From: Macrostomum lignano
Lineage: Eukaryota
Reading direction: 5' to 3'
DNA: 64,000 bases
NCBI GenBank assembly: GCA_002269645.1
Contig: NIVC01001711.1
Coordinates: 1-64,000, forward strand
Part shown: in pieces, positions 15,115-45,657 of the stretch
Position numbering within the stretch: position 1 is the stretch's first letter
How the letters are laid out: every line of letters begins with the position of its first letter
Notes under the pieces: model-generated
Seen by the model: only the letters and a program-made list of their open reading frames with translations
What the model was told of the DNA's origin: nothing
Database searches by the model: none
Made by a program: the position numbers and the translations under genes

Positions 15115-17486
15115 CCAGTCATTATCTGCGATTTTCTCACCCTTGAATATTGCTATTCCTCTCTCTCCCTGTCCTCCCATTGGCTGTCGTCTCCTTATCA
15201 TCTGTCACCTTAGTTTTCTACCCCCATTGTGTTCAGTGTGGCTGTAGCCAATCCTCTCTCTCCCTCAGCCCCACCCCGCTGTTTCTCTTACCCTGCAGCT
15301 TTAACCCCACCCCATTTGGAGCTGGCTTGTATTTATTGGCGTGCGCGCCTTTCCGTCTCTCCCGCTGCGCTTCTCTTTGCTTCTCTTCCTGCTACCCCCC
15401 GCTCCTGCCACTCCAAACTGGTCTGTCTCGGGACACAACAATACTCCACTGGGTTGCCGGTTCGGGTCAAAGATTAACCTCTTTGTTTGTAGCAGTTGGT
15501 ATGCAACAAATACATGTTGGATTAAGTCACCCCTAGAAATTCTGTCAGGCCAGCAACTCTGTGCCTCCGTAGAAGTACAGCCCCTGCACTCTATGGCTTG
15601 TACTTTAAACCTAGGAAAGAGCGCAATTCCAGCCCTACAAGGTTATCTTTGCGCTCCTGCGCCAAGTTGAAGTGATGCAGGAACCGGTCGCACAGCTCGT
15701 CCCGCTGCCGGCCATCCCGATGCCCGTGCCCGGCGTAGTCCTCGTCCTCTTGGTCGTCGAGTCGACTTTTTGGATTGGCGCCAAGCTGGGCTCGACTCAC
15801 GAAGGACAAGTAGGAAGTGTCTTCGCGAACCTGCGTTGCGCGGAGGACAGTTTAGCTTAGGGACGTCAGACGCTAAAAGTCCTAACTAACCCTAATCCTA
15901 ACCTGACCCTAATCCCTCTGACTTGCCCTGGCAAACAGTCTGTCGGACAGCTCAAAGCTCCGGCACTTGTACAGCAGCCGGCAGCAGGGTCCGCACACGA
16001 GATGGCCGTCCAACCCTGGCATTGCGGAGAGCGCCGCTACAGCCTCTGGTCGGCAGAGGCACAAGAAGCTGAGACAGTCTTCTTCATTAGTCGGTGGTTG
16101 TTCTGCCATTGCCTAATCCGCCTCCCAGCTAACATTTCATGAGCTCTCTCTTAGAACCTTTTATAGAAGAAAAGTACGCCTGTTCTTTAGCAATCCAATG
16201 AATTAGAAATCCGAGACGTTCGTCTGCTCAATGAATTATTAATCATCTGTAAACTTCTCATTGTGTCGTCGGCGACTCCAGCGCAAACTGATTGGATTTC
16301 TACTTTTTCAAAGTTTGCACGCAATCTGGTTTGTTAAAATTTACAATTAATCATTTAATTTGTGAAATGAGGAGACAGGAAGAGCCAGTGGTGGAAGGAC
16401 GAACTGCCTGCAATCGGTCTCACCCACCTCAATCCATCTCCTCAGGTCGCCGATCCACTCGAGCGGCGGTTCCGCCTCTTCGCCGCCGAGGCCCGAGTCC
16501 AGTCCAGTCCCGGTGAACGACTTGCTGCCGCCCAGTGCAGACGAGGCCGCCTCCCCAGTGTAGATTGAGTGATAAGTCAGCTGCGAACCGGATTTCCTGT
16601 CGCCGAGTAGAAGAGACTGACGCTTCACTTGCTGCTGCTTTTGCTGCTCTGTCAGCTGTTGATGTTTAGATTAAAAATCATTACGATCAGTACATGTTGA
16701 GACTCAGTTTCTCGTTAAGTCTACGTAGGTAGTCATACTGTAGGTCACAGGATCCCACTGTAGGTCAGATGATCCTACTGTAGGTCAGAGGATCCCACTG
16801 TAGGTCACAGGATCCCACTGTAGGTCACATGATCCAACTGTAGGTCAGAGGATCCCACTGTAGGTCACAGGATCCCACTGTAGGTCACATGATCCAACTG
16901 TAGGTCAGAGGATCCTACTGTAGGTCACAGGATCCAACTGTAGGTCAGAGGATCCCACTGTAGGTCAGAGGATCCCACTGTAGGTCAGAGGATCCCACTG
17001 TAGGTCAGCTTCAACGCTGCATCTCACATTAAACTGAATCCTAGTCTGCCTGCCAGCCTCCGACAGTCCGCCTCGACCGGCGCCGGCTGGTCGACGGTCT
17101 TGATCGTCGCTATCGCCATCGCCGTAGCCATGGCCGTAGCCGTAGCCGTAGCCGTATCCATAGCCATATAAATCCCCGTCCCCACTCGCCCTGACCGAGT
17201 CATCGAATATCGGAGCAGATTTCGCCAGTCGGTTGGCCTCGCCGTATCCGTAGTCGTAGCCGAAGGCTTCGCCGTAGCCCTCGACCAGCTGTACGGAGAG
17301 GCGGCCGCTCCGAGAGATTCTCGGCAGCCAGTGAAGACCGACGCCGCCCCCGGGTCCCGACACCGCCGACCGATGAGCTGACGGTCCCGAGGACGAAGGC
17401 AGGCGGTAGGGCACCCGAAACTGCTCAGCGTCGTACTGGACTTCGCAGACGCTGGGGAACTGCAGACAGGGCGACGTTGAGTGCAT
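15115..17486 (-). CDS. Probable 5' exons of the same Pro-rich/EF-hand-like gene
   Basis: Candidate exons: 17028-17486 (ATG; GY repeats), 16424 or 16428-16655, 15927-16112 or 16128 (GC donor), 15639-15830, 15115-15201. A phase-consistent path exists, but two junctions are ambiguous and some acceptors are weak. Confidence 0.5.
16738..17008. repeat. 20-bp minisatellite (CTGTAGGTCA[G/C]AGGATCCCA)n, about 13 copies
   Basis: Read directly; intronic in the gene model. Confidence 0.95.
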
Positions 17487-18744
17487 CGCTGCTCGCCTCT
17501 ACTGAAGCCGCTGAGGGGGGCGCGCCGGTTGTCAGGCAGAAGAATAACTGTAGTTAAGAAGAGTCGCACGATAGGGGGAGGGGTGAGGGTTAGAGATGAA
17601 GTTGGGGGGGGGCTTCTCTCTCTCCCTCTGCTCACCTGAGATTCTAGCGAGACAGCAGGTAAAAGCAAGCGCGCTGCTCTTCACCGCCCCCCCACCCCAC
17701 CCCAGCCAAAGAAATAATAAGTTAATGAGGTGAAGTGTGCTCACTTATTGAGAAGGAGAGGCAGAAAGAGCTGGCAGAGGTTTGACGGTCTCTGAGATGC
17801 TCAGTGAGTTTGAGTAGAGTCGGACAATGCTGACAGGAATACTCATTGTGAATCTGCTCAGAGGTAAGCATAAGAAAGCATAGTGTGTGGCCCATGGGTT
17901 TCTAGGCTGGGTTTTCGTGTTTCATTCAAAGCCAAATATTTTCAGTGATGGTATATAAACTACGCTCATGAAAAAGACATATTTTGCAACTACATTACTT
18001 CTAGGTTTAGTAGTATGAAACAAACTTCATTTTGAAAAAAAATTGTTTTTTATATTATTAATTATTGCAACATAAACAGAATCAGTAGGAGCGAAACAAC
18101 GATAAAGTTTTAACATGTCTTCAAGTAGTATATTAAGCATTTGTCAATCGATAATATTATGAATTATTTAATTACAACTATACAGAATTGAACTCTGCCA
18201 GATCCTTCAGACTGAATGGCACTGCGAAATTAGATTTCAGAACCAACGAACTTGTTGCCAACTTCCTTTGAAAGCAAAGAAATTCGAATTTTCGTACAAA
18301 TCGAGAGGATTTGCCTTCCCACCCCCCCGCTGGCAGACTCAGCGTGAGACCGGAATGCAGCCAGTTGAATTTGTACACGAAAATCTTCTTTTTTTCTCGC
18401 ACTGAAGCAGTCTGGTTGCAGAAATATTGACAGATGCCAGAATATTGACAGAAGATAATGAAGTTTATTTTCAGGTTCTTCTTTCAGCTCGGGTCGTCTG
18501 AGGGCTGACAGTCGGGGCTGTCAAAATTGGCACAGAGGAAGCTGGGGGGACAGACTGTTCATTCAAGCTCGAGATGGAGCGAACTGATAAAACCAAAGCG
18601 TGAGGGAGTAAAAAACCTCTTTCTGCTTTTGGTTGATTCACTGATGTCTGGAAACTTTGGAATCTGTTTAACTTTGAAATGGTTTAACTTGTAACCGAAT
18701 GTTTTAGAAAACACGGCTGCACTCCGGATTTGCCTTGCATCTCC

Positions 18745-19915
18745 CCTCAATGCCTGTTCATTCACACCTCCGGTATCACCTCAATGCCTGTTCATTCACA
18801 CCTCCGGTATCACCTCAATGCCTGTTCATTCACACTTCCATCATCACCTCAATGCCTGTTCATTCACACCTCCGGTATCCCCTCAATGCCTGTTCATTCA
18901 CACCTCCATTATCACCTCAATGCCTGTTCATTCATACCTCCGGTATCACCTCAATGCATGTTTATTCATACCTCCATTATCACCTCAATGCCTGTTCATT
19001 CACACCTCCGGTATCACCTCAATGCCTGTTCATTCACACCTCCATTATCACCTCAATGCCTGTTCATTCACACTTCTGGTATCACCTCAATGCCTGTTCA
19101 TTCACACCATTATCACCTCAATGCCTGTTCATTCACACCTCCATCATCACCTCAATGCCTGTTCATTCACACCTCCGGTATCACCTCAATGCCTGTTCAT
19201 TCACACCTCCATTATCACCTCAATGCCTGTTCATTCACACCTCCGGTATCACCTCAATGCCTGTTCATTCACACCTCCATTATCACCTCAATGCCTGTTC
19301 ATTCACACCTCCATTATCACCTCAATGCCTGTTCATTCACACCTTCGGTATCACCTCAATGCCTGTTCATTCACACCTCCGGTATCACCTCAATGCCTGT
19401 TCATTCACACCTCCATTATCGCCTCAATGCCTGTTCATTCACACCTCCATTATCGCCTCAATGCCTGTTCATTCACACCTCCGGTATCCCCTCAATGCCT
19501 GTTCATTCACACCTCCATTATCACCTCAATGCCTGTTCATTCATACCTCCGGTATCACCTCAATGCCTGTTTATTCATACCTCCGGTATCACCTCAATGC
19601 CTGTTCATTCATACCTCCGGTATCACCTCAATGCCTGTTCATTCATACCTCCGGTATCACCTCAATGCCTGTTTATTCATACCTCCGGTATCACCTCAAT
19701 GCATGTTTATTCATACCTCCATTATCACCTCAATGCCTGTTTATTCATACCTCCGGTATCACCTCAATGCCTGTTCATTCATACCTCCGGTATCACCTCA
19801 ATGCCTGTTTATTCATACCTCCGGTATCACCTCAATGCATGTTTATTCATACCTCCATTATCACCTCAATGCCTGTTTATTCATACCTCCGGGATCACCT
19901 CAATGCCTGTTTATT
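18745..19915. repeat. 34-bp minisatellite (CCTCAATGCCTGTTCATTCACACCTCC[GG/AT]TATCA)n, about 34 copies
   Basis: Explains the three overlapping ~400-aa ORFs at 18730-20007. Confidence 0.97.
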
Positions 19916-20289
19916 CGCGCCTCAATTCTCCTCTCAATAGATCTATAATCCATCCCTTCTGCACCTATTCGATTTGTATTAAAAACAATTTCGATTCTTT
20001 CTTGTAGAGGCTGTTTGCTTCTACATAATTAATTAAAAAGAAATCTAAAAGTGAGTTGTAGTCAACTGGCAATTGCAATTAAATTAAAGAAATTCAGACA
20101 GCTCAGGTTTTCCCGCTTTGATTAGACTGAGTGCAGGCATAAATTGCAGCACTCTTAAAGTCATTTTCATTTCTGCATTCAATAGGCGACTTGCATGATG
20201 CTTTATTGGAATAAAGAATTTGATATACAGTTTGAAATAATTTTCTTCAAATAATCCTCAATGTTCCATTGCATGCCTTTTTCCACTCC

Positions 20290-20568
20290 TCTATCCTCTC
20301 TCCTCTCTCCTCTCTCCTCTCTCTCCTCTCTCCTCTCTCCTCTCTCTCCTCTCTCCTCTCTCCTCTCTCCTTTCTCCTCTCTCCTCTTTTCTCTCTCTAC
20401 TGTCTCCCTCACCCTCTCTACTCTTTCCCTTCTCCTCTCTCCTTTCTCCCCTCTCTTCTCTACTCTCTACTCTTACTCTCCATCCTCTAATCTCTCCTCT
20501 CTCCTCTCTCCTCTCTCCTCTCTCCTCTCTCCTCTCTCATCTCTACTCTCTGCTCTCCCCTCTCCCTA
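20290..20568. repeat. Polypyrimidine (CTCTCCT)n array
   Basis: Read directly. Confidence 0.92.
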
Positions 20569-21278
20569 ACAGTAATAAAATACATCATATAAATATTCAA
20601 ATGTTTGTCAAGAATAAATAAGAAAAAAATTTCGTACAGGTGCAGGCTCAAACAATTTATTAGCTATTTCTTATGCACAAAAATGTTCCATCGGCTACAG
20701 AAGTTTTTGCATCACGAGAATGAGCGACAGTTGACAACAGCAAGTCTGGTAATAAACAATATTATAATTAATAAACAATTATAAAAGCTCCAAGGCTCTG
20801 ATAGCATTAGCACTGTTGCTACACATCTATAACCCAGTTGTTACATCAACTTCTGCCAAATTTAAGCATACTTGAAGTAGCTGATGTAAAATTAGCTATC
20901 TATTTTCTGAGCTAGATAATAATGATACGAGCGAGTGAGTGATGAAAATCTGCTCGAAGCGGGGAGCATCGGATGGGATGGGGCAGAGGGAAAAGCGCAG
21001 AGGCGAATCCCTGGCCTGGCGGGTCCCATATGTGGCTCTCATTAGTCCTGAATAGTTGCCTTGAGTACAGTGTTGCACTTTTCACGGGGCACTCCATCGG
21101 GACAGGAGCGGTGGCTGGGCAGGCTGGCTTATCGAATTTCGAGCTGCCAGATCACGGCAGTGAATGCACCAGCTGGACCAGGAAAGCAGCAACTGGTGCT
21201 CAAACTCTCAAATGATGTGCTTTGTACCAGCGAAATCCGCAGTTGAAACTATTTCAAATTTGTGCGGGAGTTGACTCT

Positions 21279-22385
21279 TCTCTCCTCAGTTATCCCCTCT
21301 CCTCTCTCCTCTCTCCTCTCTCCTCTCTCCTCTCCTCTCTCCTCTCTCCTCTCTCCTCTCTCCTTTCTCCTCTCTCCTCTCTCCTCTCTCCTCTCTCCTC
21401 TCTCCTCTCTCCTCTCTCCTCTCTCCTTTCTCCTCTCTCCTCTCTCCTCTCTCCTCTCTCCTCTCTCCTCTCTCCTCTCTCCTCTCTCCTCTCTCTCTCT
21501 CTCCTCTCTCCTCTCTCCTCTCTCCTCTCTCCTCTCTCCTCTCTCCTCTCTCCTCTCTCCTCTCTCCTCTCTCCTCTCTCCTCTCTCCTCTCTCCTTTCT
21601 CCTCTTTCCTCTCTCCTCTCTCCCCTCTCTCCTCTCTCCTCTCTCCTCTTTCTCCTCTCTCTCCTCTATCTTCTCTCCTCTTTCTCCTCTCTCTCCTCTC
21701 TCCTCTCTCCTCTCTTATCTCTCCTCCTTCCTCTCTCCTCTCTCCTCTATCCTCTCTTCTCTCTTATCTCTCCTCTCTCCTCTCTCCTCTCTCCTCTCTC
21801 CTCTCTCCTCTCTCCTCTCTTAACTCTCCTCTCTCCTCTCTCGCAGCTCACTCTTCTCTCTTCTATCCTCTCTCTCCTATATCCTCTCTCTCCTCTCTCC
21901 TCTTTTATCTCTCCTCTCTCCCCTTTCCTCTCTCCCCTCTTATCTGCCCTCTGTCCTCTGTCCTCTCTCCTCTCTCCTTTCTCCTCTCTCCTTTCTCCTC
22001 TCTCCTCTCTCCTCTCTCCTCTCTCCTCTCTCCTCTCTCCTTTCTCCTCTTTCCTCTCTCCTCTCTCCCCTCTCTCCTCTCTCCTCTCTCCTCTTTCTCC
22101 TCTCTCTCCTCTATCTTCTCTCCTCTTTCTCCTCTCTCTCCTCTCTCCTCTCTCCTCTCTTATCTCTCCTCCTTCCTCTCTCCTCTCTCCTCTATCCTCT
22201 CTTCTCTCTTATCTCTCCTCTCCTCTCTCCTCTCTCCTCTCTCGCAGCTCACTCTTCTCTCTTCTATCCTCTCTCTCCTCTCTCCTCTTTTATCTCTCCT
22301 CTCTCCCCTTTCCTCTCTCCCCTCTTATCTGCCCTCTGTCCTCTGTCCTCTCTCCTCTCTTCTCTCCTCTCTCTCCTGTCTCCTC
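21279..22385. repeat. Long polypyrimidine (CTCTCCT)n array, same unit as 20290-20568
   Basis: Read directly; degenerate in its 3' half. Confidence 0.95.
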
Positions 22386-22663
22386 TGATCACTAGTCAGT
22401 GGACCGACATGACAGTAACTTTTAAAGTTCAGGAGAGTTTGGCTGCTGCTGATCATACATACGAAGTAAGAGCGTATAATTACTTTGTTGATTAGGAAAC
22501 CACTTGATCAGCTTAAAGTACTTGTACAGAGCACTGTTCACAAAGTGTCAGTCAACCCAGACATTTCCTGCTTGGAGCCCTTCGGGTTGGCCCTGATGGA
22601 CGGGAGTCGCCACAACAACCCTCAGAGATCGCGCCTAGCAACAAATATTCGCGGACCGGATCT

Positions 22664-41505
<18,842 letters not shown>

Positions 41506-42329
41506 GGGTTGACCTGAAAGCGGCGGCCCTACAAAAAGGAGCCCCCTAAGGGTTGACAAAAATATTCTGATCTGTTTCTGAAGCCGATCGGCTCTTCTAT
41601 CTGTCTGGTTAATCAATTTGCCAATCAATGACCCGTTTGCGTATAGAGTATTATTAGTTCTGAACTCCGCCTTTGGGATGAAAGCTGCTCACAGCTGGCA
41701 ATTCAGCTGCCTGTTCGATTGGCTCAGCGCAGTTGAGAAGGGGGTGTGAAAATGCTCAGCGAAGGCCAAGCCGTTAAGAAAGAGAATTGGGAGTTGGTTG
41801 GCAAGAATCCCTTCTTTTGCTTTCGAGAACTCAGCCAACCATAGCGACGGGAGCCTGGGCAATTTCATTCGGTTCTCTAAGACCGGCTTGAACCAATGAG
41901 GACTTTCCAAGCAGTTGACAAATCTCCCATCGGGAAAGCGTCGTATGGGGTAACGTTGGTCCCTGTCTAACCCTACGAGTATATCTCCCCCGTCCTCTGC
42001 TGTCCCCCCGGAGTCCTCATTGCAGTTTCGATTTACTTTCACAAGTGGCCCAGCTGGAATGGAGAGTCTGACCATAAGAAGGACTTCGATGGCGCTGCTC
42101 AAAGTAAAGAATTCCGGGTCCACGAAAGCTTGGAAAGAACTGCTCGCAAACAAACTGTTAACGCCTATAATACTTTTACACTATGCATGCTCCGAAAACC
42201 TTATGTTTCGGAACTTTATGCATGTACATTGATAAAGGAGAGAAACTTCTTACAAAATTATGACAAAGCGTGTCTTCTTTACTTTTGTGCCAAGATTCTC
42301 CACTCTAAATAAGACTTGTTTTCCTCAGA

Positions 42330-43780
42330 TCTAGGGGCGGATCTAAGCACGGATCCAGGTGCAGATCCATAGCGATAGGTCTAGTTGCGGATCTAGGAGC
42401 GGATCTTGGGGTGAATCAAGGGACAGATCTAGGGGCGGATCTAAGCAGAATCTAAGGGTGGATCTAGGGCGGATCTGGGTGCGGATTTAAGGTGGATCTA
42501 GGTGCAGATCTAGGGTGGATCTAGGGTGGATCTAGGGCGGATCTAGGTGCGGATTTAAGGTGGATCTAGGTGCAGATCTAGGGCGGATCTAAGGCGGATC
42601 TAGGGCGGATCTAGGTGCGGATCTAGGTGCGGATCTAGGTGCGGATCTAGGGCGGATCTAGGGTGGATCTATGGCGGATCTAGGGGCGGATCTAGGTTGG
42701 ATCTAAGTGCGGATCTAGGGTGGATCTAGGTGCGGATTTAAGGTGGATCTAGGTGCGGATTTAAGGTGGATCTAGGTGCGGATCTAGGTGCGGATCTAGG
42801 GGCGGATCTAGGCGGGGATCTAGTAGTGGCGGATCTAGTGGCGGATCTAGGGGCGGATCTAGGTGCGGATCTAGGGCGGATCTAGGGCGGATCTAGGGCG
42901 AATCTAGGGGCGAATCTAGGGGCGGATCTAGGTGCGGATCTAGGGTGGATCTAGGGTGGATCTAGGTGCGGATTTAAGGTGGATCTAGGTGCAGATCTAG
43001 GGTGGATCTAGGTGCGGATCTAGGTGCGGATCTAGGGCGGATCTAGGGGCGAATCTAGGGGCGGATCTAGGTGCGGATCTAGGTGCGGATCTGGGTGCGG
43101 ATTTAAGGTGGATCTAGGTGCAGATCTAGGGTGGATCTAGGGTGGATCTAGGGCGGATCTAGGTGCGGATTTAAGGTGGATCTAGGGCGGATCTATGTGC
43201 GGATCTAGGGCGAATCTAGGTGCGGATCTAGGGTGGATCTAGGTGCAGATCTAGGTGCAGATCTAGGGCGGATCTAGGTGCGGATCTAGGTGCGGATCTA
43301 GGGGGATCTAGGGCGAATCTAGTTGCGGATCTAGGGTGGATCTAGGTGCAGATCTAGGGCGGATCTAGGTGCGGATCTAGGTGCAGATCTAGGTGCAGAT
43401 CTAGGTGCGGATCTAGGTGCGGATCTAGGGTGGATCTAGGTGCAGATCTAGGTGCAGATCTAGGGCGAATCTAGGTGCGGATCTAGGTGCAGATCTAGGG
43501 CGGATCTAGGTGCGGATCTAGGTGCAGATCTAGGTGCGGATCTAGGTGCGGATCTAGGTGCAGATCTAGTGCGGATCTAGGTGCAGATCTAGTGCGGATC
43601 TAGGTGCAGATCTAGGTGCAGATCTAGGTGCAGATCTAGGTGCGGATCTAGGGTGGATCTAGGTGCGGATCTAGGTGCGGATCTAGGTGCGGATCTAGGG
43701 GCGGATCTAGGCGGGGATCTAGTAGTGGCGGATCTAGTGGCGGATCTAGGGGCGGATCTAGGGGCGGATCTAGGGGCGGG
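42330..43780. repeat. Degenerate 11-13-bp (GGATCTAGGTGC)n array
   Basis: More than 100 GATCTA-containing units. Confidence 0.95.
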
Positions 43781-44705
43781 ATTAATAAAAAGCGCCCCTG
43801 AGGTGTGCCACCAGCAGAGAAAATGTTCCAAGCACAATAACAAGTGCAAGTGCGACCTAACAGTCTGCCTGCTCCCAGCTTAAACCCTGAGTGCAGCTCG
43901 ACGTCCCCATGATTGCGCTGTGTCCTAAGTGTGCCATCCATAAAAACCTAAACCACCCATCTAAGCCAACACCGGTAAGGATCTGCCTTTTCATTCTCCT
44001 TATAATGACTTGTTGCTTTCTACAGTTGGCTTGGTCAGCAGAATATTTTCGATTCTACATATACTAGTATACGGCACTTTGAGCCTAATTTTTTCATTCC
44101 TTGCCCAGCTTGGGAAATCAAGCGGGACTTGCTGGTCGACATCTCTTACGGGATGGCTTCGGCATTCCATGAGCGCGGCCTGCCCTGAAGGCGTTCCATT
44201 TGGGCCCAGGCGGATACCGTAGGCATGTTAGGCCAGAGCGCCAGTGCCGATCCGTGGGGATTTGAATTCACCCTGATCCAGTTGTCATACAGTCTCACTG
44301 ACACGGCGGTTGTACTGTAGAAGACACAATTTGGCTTTTTTTGCTGGAGGCATCTCTCTTAAGATTGCCGACAGTTTTGCATATTTATGCAGCATGCAGT
44401 CTATTGCAGGCGTGCGTCCATTACGAATGCTGTAAGCCCGAATCCGAATCTCTAAAGCCTACGGAGTTCGGTGTAAAGGGTACTGCACTCTCGTATTTTC
44501 CTTGAATGCTTCAGGATGCGAGTGCTCACATCCTCCCGGAGTTTCAAGCTGCTCCTAGATAGACACCAGCCTCCTGCAGCTAGCTAGGCGTCAGGATGCT
44601 AAGACACCAGCCTCCTGCAGCTACATATAGGTGCCTAGCTTACAACCCATCACCCACCACAGACCCCCCTCCCGTCCCGACGTACACGTAACGACCATGC
44701 ACGCC

Positions 44706-44835
44706 AGCCAATCACAACACGGAGGAGAGAGAGCTGAGAAAGCTGCATGGCTGGCATGGCCCAGCCAATCAGCTCTGCGCAGCTCCCAGAGCCTGGGCTA
44801 AAAAATAATAAATTATTACTGCCTGCAAATATAAA
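44706..44835 (+). promoter_or_regulatory. Candidate promoter: two AGCCAATCA CCAAT boxes and a TATAAA
   Basis: CCAAT boxes at 44706-44714 and 44763-44771, TATAAA at 44830-44835, about 820 nt upstream of the RasGAP-like ATG. Motif match only. Confidence 0.35.
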
Positions 44836-45657
44836 TTAGGTCAAGGCTGCAGACGAGAGCATGGGGGGACGCAGACGCACGGAACCATGCAGCGACTGAA
44901 AATTGCAGAAAATAACCCATTTATGTATACATGTACATGTAAAAGCGTATATAGCAAGTCCTTATGCATTCAACCTCGACGACGTCTACACGTAAGATGA
45001 GGTTTACATGTATTCTATATTCTTACGCATTTGATATGCTCCCTATACTAGTATTCGCACCACCAAAATTACTCAGTATTGCATTGTTATTCAACCCTAT
45101 AACAGGACGCATAATATAATGACTTTAAAGAAGTTGAACGGAGCACAAAAGGCTCTCAAAAGATGCATGGTGCAATCTGACTTTCCGGCTTAAAGGCTCA
45201 TTCACACTGCCATCAAAAGAGCCACCAATTTACACGAAAAAATGTACCAAGGAATAAAATTTTATGTGCAAGTTGTGTAATCACGCAAAATTTAATCGTA
45301 CATGTATTTGATGGCGAAGCGGAGATGGTAATGGACTGAAGGAAAACTGCAAGGTGACTAGAGGAAACAATGTTTTGGGTTTTTATAAATTGATAAATAT
45401 TTATCAGCTAAAAATTAGAATATTACTTAGCAGTAATTAAACACTGATAAAATTTTGTTATTCTATTTATGTGGCCATTAGAATAGATTCAGTCGTTGCA
45501 GTTTCTTATAAAATTAAGCTGACATCAAATGAATGAGAAAACTTGATCAATGTTTTCGTTGTTTTCCTGTTAATAATGGCATAGTAGACGGCCTCCCGTT
45601 AGCGTCTTTTTATCATCAAGTGCCTTACTTTGTGAGCTTGTAGAGCTAAATCAGCAG

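Noticed and set aside
20896-21260. Short ORFs between the CT-rich arrays
   Set aside because: No consistent frame or splice pair; more likely UTR or intergenic.
41689-42153. 154-aa minus-strand ORF upstream of the receptor
   Set aside because: It starts at a non-ATG codon, has no motif and no phase-compatible donor was identified.
44060-44540. Coding-like minus-strand text, possible TE relic
   Set aside because: Multiple stops and no identifiable domain.
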